Shown here: positions 1-12,949 of the stretch, piece after piece | Numbering within the stretch: position 1 is the first letter of the stretch | Layout of the letters: each line of letters starts with the position of its first letter | Source: Auanema rhodensis | Lineage: Eukaryota > Animalia > Nematoda | Direction: 5' to 3' | Length of the DNA stretch: 64,000 bases | NCBI GenBank assembly: GCA_964057225.1 | Contig: OZ059900.1 | Span: 25,668,001-25,732,000 of the forward strand | Program-made: the position numbers and the translations under genes | Notes under the pieces: model-generated | Databases searched by the model: none | What the model was told of the DNA's origin: nothing | What the model saw: only the letters and a program-made list of their open reading frames with translations

Positions 1-640
1 AAAATGCTTCATTTTAGTATGTAACACACTGAAATTTGTTGCATTTGACGACTCATATGAACAAAAATTGATTTAATCAATATTAGTCATAAGGGGCGTG
101 CCCTCAGAATATGCTAATTTCCTTAATTTTCTAACCCCTGTTTTTTTGTCGTGAAAGTGGAACTAGACGTTGTACGAACAATTTTGAGCTAGGTTTCATT
201 GACATTGCATGAGTTTGAACACATGAAATCGTAAGTCAAAACCTTGTTTACAGCGAAATTTCCAAAAACTGGTTTTCCAGCATAATAAAATATTTCTCAT
301 GGGAAATACTGTGTTTTTGTATTTTTCTAGTGTTCAGCATGTAAAATGCTTCATTTTAGTATGTAACACGCTGAAATTCGTTGCATTTGACGACTCATAT
401 GAACAAAAATCGATTTAATCAATATTAGCCATAAGGGGCGTGCCCTCAGAATATGCTAATTTCCTTAATTTTCTAACTCCTGTTTTTTTGTCGTGAAAGT
501 GGAACTAGACGTTGTACGAACAATTTTGAGCTAGGTTTCATTGACATTGCATGAGTTTGAACACATGAAATCGTAAGTCAAAACCTTGTTTACAGCGAAA
601 TTTCCAAAAACTGGTTTTCCAGCATAATAAAATATTTCTC

Positions 641-982
641 ATGGGAAATACTGTGTTTTTGTATTTTTCTAGTGTTCAGCATGTAAAATGCTTCATTTTA
701 GTATGTAACACGCTGAAATTCGTTGCATTTGACGACTCATATGAACAAAAATCGATTTAATCAATATTAGCCATAAGGGGCGTGCCCTCAGAATATGCTA
801 ATTTCCTTAATTTTCTAACCCCTGTTTTTTTGTCGTGAAAGTGGAACTAGACGTTGTACGAACAATTTTGAGCTAGGTTTCATTGACATTGCATGAGTTT
901 GAACACATGAAATCGTAAGTCAAAACCTTGTTTACAGCGAAATTTCCAAAAACTGGTTTTCCAGCATAATAAAATATTTCTC
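641..982 (+). repeat. Representative consensus-type monomer (342 bp)
   Basis: Runs atgggaaatactgtg...aaaatatttctc and carries the common allele at the variable sites I tracked. Hand count gives 116/342 G+C and 10 CpG. Confidence 0.95.
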
Positions 983-3699
983 ATGGGAAATACTGTGTTT
1001 TTGTATTTTTTTAGTGTTCAGCATGTAAAATGCGTCATTTTAGTATGTAAAACGCTGAAATTCGTTGCATTTGACGACTCATATGAACAAAAATCGATTT
1101 TATCAATATTAGCCATAAGGGGCGTGCCCTCAGAATATGCTAATTTCCTTAATTTTCTAACCCCTGTTTTTTTGTCGTGAAAGTGGAACTAGACGTTGTA
1201 CGAACAATTTTGAGCTAGGTTTCATTGACATTGCATGAGTTTGAACACATGAAATCGTAAGTCAAAACCTTGTTTACAGCGAAATTTCCAAAAACTGGTT
1301 TTCCAGCATAATAAAATATTTCTCATGGGAAATACTGTGTTTTTGTATTTTTTTAGTGTTCAGCATGTAAAATGCGTCATTTTAGTATGTAAAACGCTGA
1401 AATTCGTTGCATTTGACGACTCATATGAACAAAAATCGATTTTATCAATATTAGCCATAAGGGGCGTGCCCTCAGAATATGCTAATTTCCTTAATTTTCT
1501 AACCCCTGTTTTTTTGTCGTGAAAGTGGAACTAGACGTTGTACGAACAATTTTGAGCTAGGTTTCATTGACATTGCATGAGTTTGAACACATGAAATCGT
1601 AAGTCAAAACCTTGTTTACAGCGAAATTTCCAAAAACAGGTTTTCCAGCATAATACAATATTTCTCATGGGAAATACTGTGTTTTTGTATTTTTCTAGTG
1701 TTCAGAATGTAGAATGCTTCATTTTAGTATGTAACACGCTGAAATTCGTTGCATTTGACGACTCATATGAACAAAAATCGATTTAATCAATATTAGCCAT
1801 AAGGAGCGTGCCCTCAGAATATGCTAATTTCCTTAATTTTCTAACCCCTGTTTTTTTGTCGTGAAAGTGGAACTAGACGTTGTACGAACAATTTTGAGCT
1901 AGGTTTCATTGACATTGCATGAGTTTGAACACATGAAATCGTAAGTCAAAACCTTGTTTACAGCGAAATTTCCAAAAACTGGTTTTCCAGCATAATAAAA
2001 TATTTCTCATGGGAAAAACTGTGTTTTTGTATTTTTCTAGTGTTCAGCATGTAAAATGCTTCATTTTAGTATGTAACACGCTGAAATTTGTTGCATTTGA
2101 CGACTCATATGAACAAAAATCGATTTAATCAATATTAGCCATAAGGGGCGTGCCCTCAGAATATGCTAATTTCCTTAATTTTCTAACCCCTGTTTTTTTG
2201 TCGTGAAAGTGGAACTAGACGTTGTACGAACAATTTTGAGCTAGGTTTCATTGACATTGCATGAGTTTGAACACATGAAATCGTAAGTCAAAACCTTGTT
2301 CACAGCGAAATTTCCAAAAACTGGTTTTCCAGCATAATAAAATATTTCTCAAGGGAAAAACTGTGTTTTTATATTTTTCTAGTGTTCAGCATGTGAAATG
2401 CTTTATTTTAGTATGTAACACGCTGAAATTCGTTGCATTTGACGACTCATATGAACAAAAATCGATTTAATCAATATTAGCCATAAGGGGCGTGCCCTCA
2501 GAATATGCTAATTTCCTTAATTTTCTAACCCCTGTTTTTTCGTCGTGAAAGTGGAACTAGACGTTGTACGAACAATTTTGAGCTAGGTTTCATTGACATT
2601 GCATGAGTTTGAACACATGAAATCGTAAGTCAAAACCTTGTTTACAGCGAAATTTCCAAAAACTGGTTTTCCAGCATAATAAAATATTTCTCATGGGAAA
2701 TACTGTGTTTTTGTATTTTTCTAGTGTTCAGCATGTAGAATGCTTTATTTGGATATGTAAAACGCTGAAATTCGTTGCATTTGACGACTCATATGAACAA
2801 AAATCGATTTTATCAATATTAGCCATAAGGGGCGTGCCCTCAGAATATGCTAATTTCCTTAATTTTCTAAACCCTGTTTTTTTGTCGTGAAAGTGGAACT
2901 AGACGTTGTACGAACAATTTTGAGCTAGGTTTCATTGACATTGCATGAGTTTGAACACATGAAATCGTAAGTCAAAACCTTGTTTACAGCGAAATTTCCA
3001 AAAACTGGTTTTCCAGCATAATAAAATATTTCTCATGGGAAATACTGTGTTTTTGTATTTTTCTAGTGTTCAGCATGGAAAATGCTTCATTTTAGTATGA
3101 AACACGCTGAAATTCGTTGCATTTGACGACTCATATGAACAAAAATCGATTTAATCAATATTAGCCATAAGGGGCGTGCCCTCAGAATATGCTAATTTCC
3201 TTAATTTTCTAACCCCTGTTTTTTTGTCGTGAAAGTGGAACTAGACGTTGTACGAACAATTTTGAGCTAGGTTTCATTGACATTGCATGAGTTTGAACAC
3301 ATGAAATCGTAAGTCAAAACCTTGTTTACAGCGAAATTTCCAAAAACTGGTTTTCCAGCATAATACAATATTTCTCATGGGAAATACTGTGTTTTTGTAT
3401 TTTTCTAGTGTTCAGAATGTAGAATGCTTCATTTTGATATGTAAAACGCTGAAATTCGTTGCATTTGACGACTCATATGAACAAAAATCGATTTAATCAA
3501 TATTAGCCATAAGGGGCGTGCCCTCAGAATATGCTAATTTCCTTAATTTTCTAACCCCTGTTTTTTTGTCGTGAAAGTGGAACTAGACGTTGTACGAACA
3601 ATTTTGAGCTAGGTTTCATTAACATTGCATGAGTTTGAACACATGAAATCGTAAGTCAAAACCTTGTTTACAGCGAAATTTCCAAAAACTGGTTTTCCA

Positions 3700-6600
3700 G
3701 CATAATAAAATATTTCTCATGGGAAAAACTGTGTTTTTGTATTTTTCTAGTGTTCAGCATGTAAAATGCTTCATTTTAGTATGTAACACACTGAAATTTG
3801 TTGCATTTGACGACTCATATGAACAAAAATTGATTTAATCAATATTAGTCATAAGGGGCGTGCCCTCAGAATATGCTAATTTCCTTAATTTTCTAACCCC
3901 TGTTTTTTTGTCGTGAAAGTGGAACGAGACGTTGTACGAACAATTTTGAGCTAGGTTTCATTGACATTGCATGAGTTTGAACACATGAAATCGTAAGTCA
4001 AAACCTTGTTTACAGCGAAATTTCCAAAAACTGGTTTTCCAGCATAATAAAATATTTCTCATGGGAAATACTGTGTTTTTGTATTTTTCTAGTGTTCAGC
4101 ATGTAAAATGCTTCATTTTAGTATGTAACACGCTGAAATTCGTTGCATTTGACGACTCATATGAACAAAAATCGATTTAATCAATATTAGCCATAAGGGG
4201 CGTGCCCTCAGAATATGCTAATTTCCTTAATTTTCTAACCCCTGTTTTTTTGTCGTGAAAGTGGAACTAGACGTTGTACGAACAATTTTGAGCTAGGTTT
4301 CATTGACCTTGCATGAGTTTGAACACATGAAATCGTAAGTCAAAACCTTGTTTACAGCGAAATTTCCAAAAACTGGTTTTCCAGCATAATAAAATATTTC
4401 TCATGGGAAATACTGTGTTTTTGTATTTTTCTAGTGTTCAGCATGTAAAATGCTTCATTTTAGTATGTAACACGCTGAAATTCGTTGCATTTGACGACTC
4501 ATATGAACAAAAATCGATTTAATCAATATTAGCCATAAGGGGCGTGCCCTCAGAATATGCTAATTTCCTTAATTTTCTAACCCCTGTTTTTTTGTCGTGA
4601 AAGTGGAACTAGACGTTGTACGAACAATTTTGAGCTAGGTTTCATTGACATTGCATGAGTTTGAACACATGAAATCGTAAGTCAAAACCTTGTTTACAGC
4701 GAAATTTCCAAAAACTGGTTTTCCAGCATAATAAAATATTTCTCATGGGAAATACTGTGTTTTTGTATTTTTCTAGTGTTCAGCATGTAAAATGCTTCAT
4801 TTTAGTATGTAACACGCTGAAATTCGTTGCATTTGACGACTCATATGAACAAAAATCGATTTAATCAATATTAGCCATAAGGGGCGTGCCCTCAGAATAG
4901 GCTAATTTCCTTAATTTTCTAACCCCTGTTTTTTTGTCGTGAAAGTGGAACTAGACGTTGTACGAACAATTTTGAGCTAGGTTTCATTGACATTGCATGA
5001 GTTTGAACACATGAAATCGTAAGTCAAAACCTTGTTTACAGCGAAATTTCCAAAAACTGGTTTTCCAGCATAATAAAATATTTCTCATGGGAAAAACTGT
5101 GTTTTTGTATTTTTCTAGTGTTCAGCATGTAAAATGCTTCATTTTAGTATGTAACACACTGAAATTTGTTGCATTTGACGACTCATATGAACAAAAATTG
5201 ATTTAATCAATATTAGTCATAAGGGGCGTGCCCTCAGAATATGCTAATTTCCTTAATTTTCTAACCCCTGTTTTTTTGTCGTGAAAGTGGAACTAGACGT
5301 TGTACGAACAATTTTGAGCTAGGTTTCATTGACATTGCATGAGTTTGAACACATGAAATCGTAAGTCAAAACCTTGTTTACAGCGAAATTTCCAAAAACT
5401 GGTTTTCCAGCATAATAAAATATTTCTCATGGGAAATACTGTGTTTTTGTATTTTTCTAGTGTTCAGCATGTAAAATGCTTCATTTTAGTATGTAACACG
5501 CTGAAATTCGTTGCATTTGACGACTCATATGAACAAAAATCGATTTAATCAATATTAGCCATAAGGGGCGTGCCCTCAGAATATGCTAATTTCCTTAATT
5601 TTCTAACCCCTGTTTTTTTGTCGTGAAAGTGGAACTAGACGTTGTACGAACAATTTTGAGCTAGGTTTCATTGACATTGCATGAGTTTGAACACATGAAA
5701 TCGTAAGTCAAAACCTTGTTTACAGCGAAATTTCCAAAAACTGGTTTTCCAGCATAATAAAATATTTTTCATGGGAAATACTGTGTTTTTGTATTTTTCT
5801 AGTGTTCAGCATGTAAAATGCTTCATTTTAGTATGTAACAAGCTGAAATTCGTTGCATTTGACGACTCATATGAACAAAAATCGATTTAATCAATATTAG
5901 CCATAAGGGGCGTGCCCTCAGAATATGCTAATTTCCTTAATTTTCTAACCCCTGTTTTTTTGTCGTGAAAGTGGAACTAGACGTTGTACGAACAATTTTG
6001 AGCTAGGTTTCATTGACATTGCATGAGTTTGAACACATGAAATCGTAAGTCAAAACCTTGTTTACAGCGAAATTTCCAAAAACTGGTTTTCCAGCATAAT
6101 AAAATATTTCTCATGGGAAATACTGTGTTTTTGTATTTTTCTAGTGTTCAGCATGTAAAATGCTTCATTTTAGTATGTAACACGCTGAAATTCGTTGCAT
6201 TTGACGACTCATATGAACAAAAATCGATTTAATCAATATTAGCCATAAGGGGCGTGCCCTCAGAATAGGCTAATTTCCTTAATTTTCTAACCCCTGTTTT
6301 TTTGTCGTGAAAGTGGAACTAGACGTTGTACGAACAATTTTGAGCTAGGTTTCATTGACATTGCATGAGTTTGAACACATGAAATCGTAAGTCAAAACCT
6401 TGTTTACAGCGAAATTTCCAAAAACTGGTTTTCCAGCATAATAAAATATTTCTCATGGGAAAAACTGTGTTTTTGTATTTTTCTAGTGTTCAGCATGTAA
6501 AATGCTTCATTTTAGTATGTAACACACTGAAATTTGTTGCATTTGACGACTCATATGAACAAAAATTGATTTAATCAATATTAGTCATAAGGGGCGTGCC

Positions 6601-7470
6601 CTCAGAATATGCTAATTTCCTTAATTTTCTAACCCCTGTTTTTTTGTCGTGAAAGTGGAACTAGACGTTGTACGAACAATTTTGAGCTAGGTTTCATTGA
6701 CATTGCATGAGTTTGAACACATGAAATCGTAAGTCAAAACCTTGTTTACAGCGAAATTTCCAAAAACTGGTTTTCCAGCATAATAAAATATTTCTCATGG
6801 GAAATACTGTGTTTTTGTATTTTTCTAGTGTTCAGCATGTAAAATGCTTCATTTTAGTATGTAACACGCTGAAATTCGTTGCATTTGACGACTCATATGA
6901 ACAAAAATCGATTTAATCAATATTAGCCATAAGGGGCGTGCCCTCAGAATATGCTAATTTCCTTAATTTTCTAACCCCTGTTTTTTTGTCGTGAAAGTGG
7001 AACTAGACGTTGTACGAACAATTTTGAGCTAGGTTTCATTGACATTGCATGAGTTTGAACACATGAAATCGTAAGTCAAAACCTTGTTTACAGCGAAATT
7101 TCCAAAAACTGGTTTTCCAGCATAATAAAATATTTTTCATGGGAAATACTGTGTTTTTGTATTTTTCTAGTGTTCAGCATGTAAAATGCTTCATTTTAGT
7201 ATGTAACACGCTGAAATTCGTTGCATTTGACGACTCATATGAACAAAAATCGATTTAATCAATATTAGCCATAAGGGGCGTGCCCTCAGAATATGCTAAT
7301 TTCCTTAATTTTCTAACCCCTGTTTTTTTGTCGTGAAAGTGGAACTAGACGTTGTACGAACAATTTTGAGCTAGGTTTCATTGACATTGCATGAGTTTGA
7401 ACACATGAAATCGTAAGTCAAAACCTTGTTTACAGCGAAATTTCCAAAAACTGGTTTTCCAGCATAATAA
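3700..7470. repeat. Local 4-mer higher-order repeat (1368 bp), ~3 copies
   Basis: The aaaaac/acact/ttgat/gtcat monomer is at 3719, 5087 and 6455. The ataggct variant is in monomers 4745 and 6113. The tttttcatg variant is at 5771 and 7139. Confidence 0.85.
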
Positions 7471-8399
7471 AATATTTCTCATGGGAAATACTGTGTTTTT
7501 GTATTTTTTTAGTGTTCAGCATGTAAAATGCGTCATTTTAGTATGTAAAATGCTGAAATTCGTTGCATTTGACGACTCATATGAACAAAAATCGATTTTA
7601 TCAATATTAGCCATAAGGGGCGTGCCCTCAGAATATGCTAATTTCCTTAATTTTCTAACCCCTGTTTTTTTGTCGTGAAAGTGGAACTAGACGTTGTACG
7701 AACAATTTTGAGCTAGGTTTCATTGACATTGCATGAGTTTGAACACATGAAATCGTAAGTCAAAACCTTGTTTACAGCGAAATTTCCAAAAACTGGTTTT
7801 CCAGCATAATAAAATATTTCTCATGGGAAATACTGTGTTTTTGTATTTTTTTAGTGTTCAGCATGTAAAATGCGTCATTTTAGTATGTAAAACGCTGAAA
7901 TTCGTTGCATTTGACGACTCATATGAACAAAAATCGATTTTATCAATATCAGCCATAAGGGGCGTGCCCTCAGAATATGCTAATTTCCTTAATTTTCTAA
8001 CCCCTGTTTTTTTGTCGTGAAAGTGGAACTAGACGTTGTACGAACAGTTTTGAGCTAGGTTTCATTGACATTGCATGAGTTTGAACACATGAAATCGTAA
8101 GTCAAAACCTTGTTTACAGCGAAATTTCCAAAAACAGGTTTTCCAGCATAATACAATATTTCTCATGGGAAATACTGTGTTTTTGTGTTTTTCTAGTGTT
8201 CAGAATGTAGAATGCTTCATTTTAGTATGTAACACGCTGAAATTCGTTGCATTTGACGACTCATATGAACAAAAATCGATTTAATCAATATTAGCCATAA
8301 GGAGCGTGCCCTCAGAATATGCTAACTTCCTTAATTTTCTAACCCCTGTTTTTTTGTCGTGAAAGTGGAACTAGACGTTGTACGAACAATTTTGAGCTA

Positions 8400-11300
8400 G
8401 GTTTCATTGACATTGCATGAGTTTGAACACATGAAATCGTAAGTCAAAACCTTGTTTACAGCGAAATTTCCAAAAACTGGTTTTCCAGCATAATAAAATA
8501 TTTCTCATGGGAAATACTGTGTTTTTGTATTTTTTTAGTGTTCAGCATGTAAAATGCGTCATTTTAGTATGTAAAACGCTGAAATTCGTTGCATTTGACG
8601 ACTCATATGAACAAAAAGCGATTTAATCAATATTAGCCATAAGGGGCGTGCCCTCAGAATATGCTAATTTCCTTAATTTTCTAACCCCTGTTTTTTTGTC
8701 GTGAAAGTGGAACTAGACGTTGTACGAACAATTTTGAGCTAGGTTTCATTGACATTGCATGAGTTTGAACACATGAAATCGTAAGTCAAAACCTTGTTTA
8801 CAGCGAAATTTCCAAAAACTGGTTTTCCAGCATAATAAAATATTTCTCATGGGAAATACTGTGTTTTTGTATTTTTTTAGTGTTCAGCATGTAAAATGCG
8901 TCATTTTAGTATGTAAAACGCTGAAATTCGTTGCATTTGACGACTCATATGAACAAAAATTGATTTAATCAATATTAGTCATAAGGGGCGTGCCCTCAGA
9001 ATATGCTAATTTCCTTAATTTTCTAACCCCTGTTTTTTTGTCGTGAAAGTGGAACGAGACGTTGTACGAACAATTTTGAGCTAGGTTTCATTGACATTGC
9101 ATGAGTTTGAACACATGAAATCGTAAGTCAAAACCTTGTTTACAGCGAAATTTCCAAAAACTGGTTTTCCAGCATAATAAAATATTTCTCATGGGAAATA
9201 CTGTGTTTTTGTATTTTTCTAGTGTTCAGCATGTAAAATGCTTCATTTTAGTATGTAACACGCTGAAATTCGTTGCATTTGACGACTCATATGAACAAAA
9301 ATCGATTTAATCAATATTAGCCATAAGGGGCGTGCCCTCAGAATATGCTAATTTCCTTAATTTTCTAACCCCTGTTTTTTTGTCGTGAAAGTGGAACTAG
9401 ACGTTGTACGAACAATTTTGAGCTAGGTTTCATTGACCTTGCATGAGTTTGAACACATGAAATCGTAAGTCAAAACCTTGTTTACAGCGAAATTTCCAAA
9501 AACTGGTTTTCCAGCATAATAAAATATTTCTCATGGGAAATACTGTGTTTTTGTATTTTTCTAGTGTTCAGCATGTAAAATGCTTCATTTTAGTATGTAA
9601 CACGCTGAAATTCGTTGCATTTGACGACTCATATGAACAAAAATCGATTTAATCAATATTAGCCATAAGGGGCGTGCCCTCAGAATATGCTAATTTCCTT
9701 AATTTTCTAACCCCTGTTTTTTTGTCGTGAAAGTGGAACTAGACGTTGTACGAACAATTTTGAGCTAGGTTTCATTGACATTGCATGAGTTTGAACACAT
9801 GAAATCGTAAGTCAAAACCTTGTTTACAGCGAAATTTCCAAAAACTGGTTTTCCAGCATAATAAAATATTTCTCATGGGAAATACTGTGTTTTTGTATTT
9901 TTCTAGTGTTCAGCATGTAAAATGCTTCATTTTAGTATGTAACACGCTGAAATTCGTTGCATTTGACGACTCATATGAACAAAAATCGATTTAATCAATA
10001 TTAGCCATAAGGGGCGTGCCCTCAGAATATGCTAATTTCCTTAATTTTCTAACCCCTGTTTTTTTGTCGTGAAAGTGGAACTAGACGTTGTACGAACAAT
10101 TTTGAGCTAGGTTTCATTGACATTGCATGAGTTTGAACACATGAAATCGTAAGTCAAAACCTTGTTTACAGCGAAATTTCCAAAAACTGGTTTTCCAGCA
10201 TAATAAAATATTTTTCATGGGAAATACTGTGTTTTTGTATTTTTCTAGTGTTCAGCATGTAAAATGCTTCATTTTAGTATGTAACACGCTGAAATTCGTT
10301 GCATTTGACGACTCATATGAACAAAAATCGATTTAATCAATATTAGCCATAAGGGGCGTGCCCTCAGAATATGCTAATTTCCTTAATTTTCTAACCCCTG
10401 TTTTTTTGTCGTGAAAGTGGAACTAGACGTTGTACGAACAATTTTGAGCTAGGTTTCAATGACATTGCATGAGTTTGAACACATGAAATCGTAAGTCAAA
10501 ACCTTGTTTACAGCGAAATTTCCAAAAACTGGTTTTCCAGCATAATAAAATATTTCTCATGGGAAATACTGTGTTTTTGTATTTTTTTAGTGTTCAGCAT
10601 GTAAAATGCGTCATTTTAGTATGTAAAACGCTGAAATTCGTTGCATTTGACGACTCATATGAACAAAAATCGATTTTATCAATATTAGCCATAAGGGGCG
10701 TGCCCTCAGAATATGCTAATTTCCTTAATTTTCTAACCCCTGTTTTTTTGTCGTGAAAGTGGAACTAGACGTTGTACGAACAATTTTGAGCTAGGTTTCA
10801 TTGACATTGCATGAGTTTGAACACATGAAATCGTAAGTCAAAACCTTGTTTACAGCGAAATTTCCAAAAACTGGTTTTCCAGCATAATAAAATATTTCTC
10901 ATGGGAAATACTGTGTTTTTGTATTTTTTTAGTGTTCAGCATGTAAAATGCGTCATTTTAGTATGTAAAACGCTGAAATTCGTTGCATTTGACGACTCAT
11001 ATGAACAAAAAGCGATTTAATCAATATTAGCCATAAGGGGCGTGCCCTCAGAATATGCTAATTTCCTTAATTTTCTAACCCCTGTTTTTTTGTCGTGAAA
11101 GTGGAACTAGACGTTGTACGAACAATTTTGAGCTAGGTTTCATTGACATTGCATGAGTTTGAACACATGAAATCGTAAGTCAAAACCTTGTTTACAGCGA
11201 AATTTCCAAAAACTGGTTTTCCAGCATAATAAAATATTTCTCATGGGAAATACTGTGTTTTTGTATTTTTTTAGTGTTCAGCATGTAAAATGCGTCATTT

Positions 11301-12185
11301 TAGTATGTAAAACGCTGAAATTCGTTGCATTTGACGACTCATATGAACAAAAATTGATTTAATCAATATTAGTCATAAGGGGCGTGCCCTCAGAATATGC
11401 TAATTTCCTTAATTTTCTAACCCCTGTTTTTTTGTCGTGAAAGTGGAACGAGACGTTGTACGAACAATTTTGAGCTAGGTTTCATTGACATTGCATGAGT
11501 TTGAACACATGAAATCGTAAGTCAAAACCTTGTTTACAGCGAAATTTCCAAAAACTGGTTTTCCAGCATAATAAAATATTTCTCATGGGAAATACTGTGT
11601 TTTTGTATTTTTCTAGTGTTCAGCATGTAAAATGCTTCATTTTAGTATGTAACACGCTGAAATTCGTTGCATTTGACGACTCATATGAACAAAAATCGAT
11701 TTAATCAATATTAGCCATAAGGGGCGTGCCCTCAGAATATGCTAATTTCCTTAATTTTCTAACCCCTGTTTTTTTGTCGTGAAAGTGGAACTAGACGTTG
11801 TACGAACAATTTTGAGCTAGGTTTCATTGACCTTGCATGAGTTTGAACACATGAAATCGTAAGTCAAAACCTTGTTTACAGCGAAATTTCCAAAAACTGG
11901 TTTTCCAGCATAATAAAATATTTCTCATGGGAAATACTGTGTTTTTGTATTTTTCTAGTGTTCAGCATGTAAAATGCTTCATTTTAGTATGTAACACGCT
12001 GAAATTCGTTGCATTTGACGACTCATATGAACAAAAATCGATTTAATCAATATTAGCCATAAGGGGCGTGCCCTCAGAATATGCTAATTTCCTTAATTTT
12101 CTAACCCCTGTTTTTTTGTCGTGAAAGTGGAACTAGACGTTGTACGAACAATTTTGAGCTAGGTTTCATTGACATTGCATGAGTT
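8400..12185. repeat. Duplication at 7-monomer offset (2394 bp)
   Basis: aagcgattt (monomers 8507, 10901), ttgat/gtcat/ggaacgagac (8849, 11243) and gacctt (9191, 11585) all recur at +2394. Confidence 0.85.
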
Positions 12186-12949
12186 TGAACAAATGAAATC
12201 GTAAGTCAAAACCTTGTTTACATCGAAATTTCCAAAAACTGGTTTTCCAGCATAATAAAACATTTCTCATGGGAAATACTGTGTTTTTGTATTTTTTTAG
12301 TGTTCAGCATGTAAAATGCGTCATTTTAGTATGTAAAACGCTGAAATTCGTTGCATTTGACGACTCATATGAACAAAAATCGATTTTATCAATATTAGCC
12401 ATAAGGGGCGTGCCCTCAGAATATGCTAATTTCCTTAATTTTCTAACCCCTGTTTTTTTGTCGTGAAAGTGGAACTAGACGTTGTACGAACAATTTTGAG
12501 CTAGGTTTCATTGACATTGCATGAGTTTGAACACATGCAATCGTAAGTCAAAACCTTGTTTACAGCGAAATTTCCAAAAACTGGTTTTCCAGCATAATAA
12601 AATATTTCTCATGGGAAATACTGTGTTTTTGTATTTTTCTAGTGTTCAGCATGTGAAATGCTTCATTTTAGTATGTAACACGCTGAAATTTGTTGCATTT
12701 GACGACTCATATGAACAAAAATCGATTTAATCAATATTAGCCATAAGGGGCGTGCCCTCAGAATATGCTAATTTCCTTAATTTTCTAACCCCTGTTTTTT
12801 TGTCGTGAAAGTGGAACTAGACGTTGTACGAACAATTTTGAGCTAGGTTTCATTGACATTGCATGAGTTTGAACAAATGAAATCGTAAGTCAAAACCTTG
12901 TTTACATCGAAATTTCCAAAAACTGGTTTTCCAGCATAATAAAATATTT

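Larger units (their letters stand above)
1..8500. repeat. Duplicated block at 19-monomer offset (about 1-2000 vs 6499-8500)
   Basis: The same order of monomer types recurs at +6498: acact/tttg/ttgat/gtcat unit, two consensus-like units, two B-type units (983, 1325 vs 7481, 7823), then the aaacagg/agaatgtag/ggagcg unit (1667 vs 8165). Confidence 0.85.

Noticed and set aside
718-734. CENP-B box-like motif ATTCGTTGCATTTGACG
   Set aside because: It matches TTCG, A and one G (6 of 9 core positions of NTTCGNNNNANNCGGGN) but lacks CGGG, so it is not supportable as a functional box.
815-823. Telomere-like CTAACCCCT
   Set aside because: It is a single short, non-tandem motif per monomer, expected by chance.
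776-831. GC hairpin (GGGC-gt-GCCC) with downstream T7 as an intrinsic terminator, or a 5S/tRNA/snRNA repeat unit
   Set aside because: The stem is only 4 bp and lies about 37 bp from the T run. I recognise no tRNA cloverleaf, 5S rRNA sequence or Pol III A/B boxes.
641-982. Primate alpha-satellite dimer (~342 bp)
   Set aside because: The length coincides, but I see no recognisable alpha-satellite sequence motifs. A BLAST search would settle it.
641-982. Phased A/T tracts implying intrinsic curvature
   Set aside because: The tracts are frequent and some are about 10 bp apart, but I could not establish consistent helical phasing by eye; it needs a curvature calculation.
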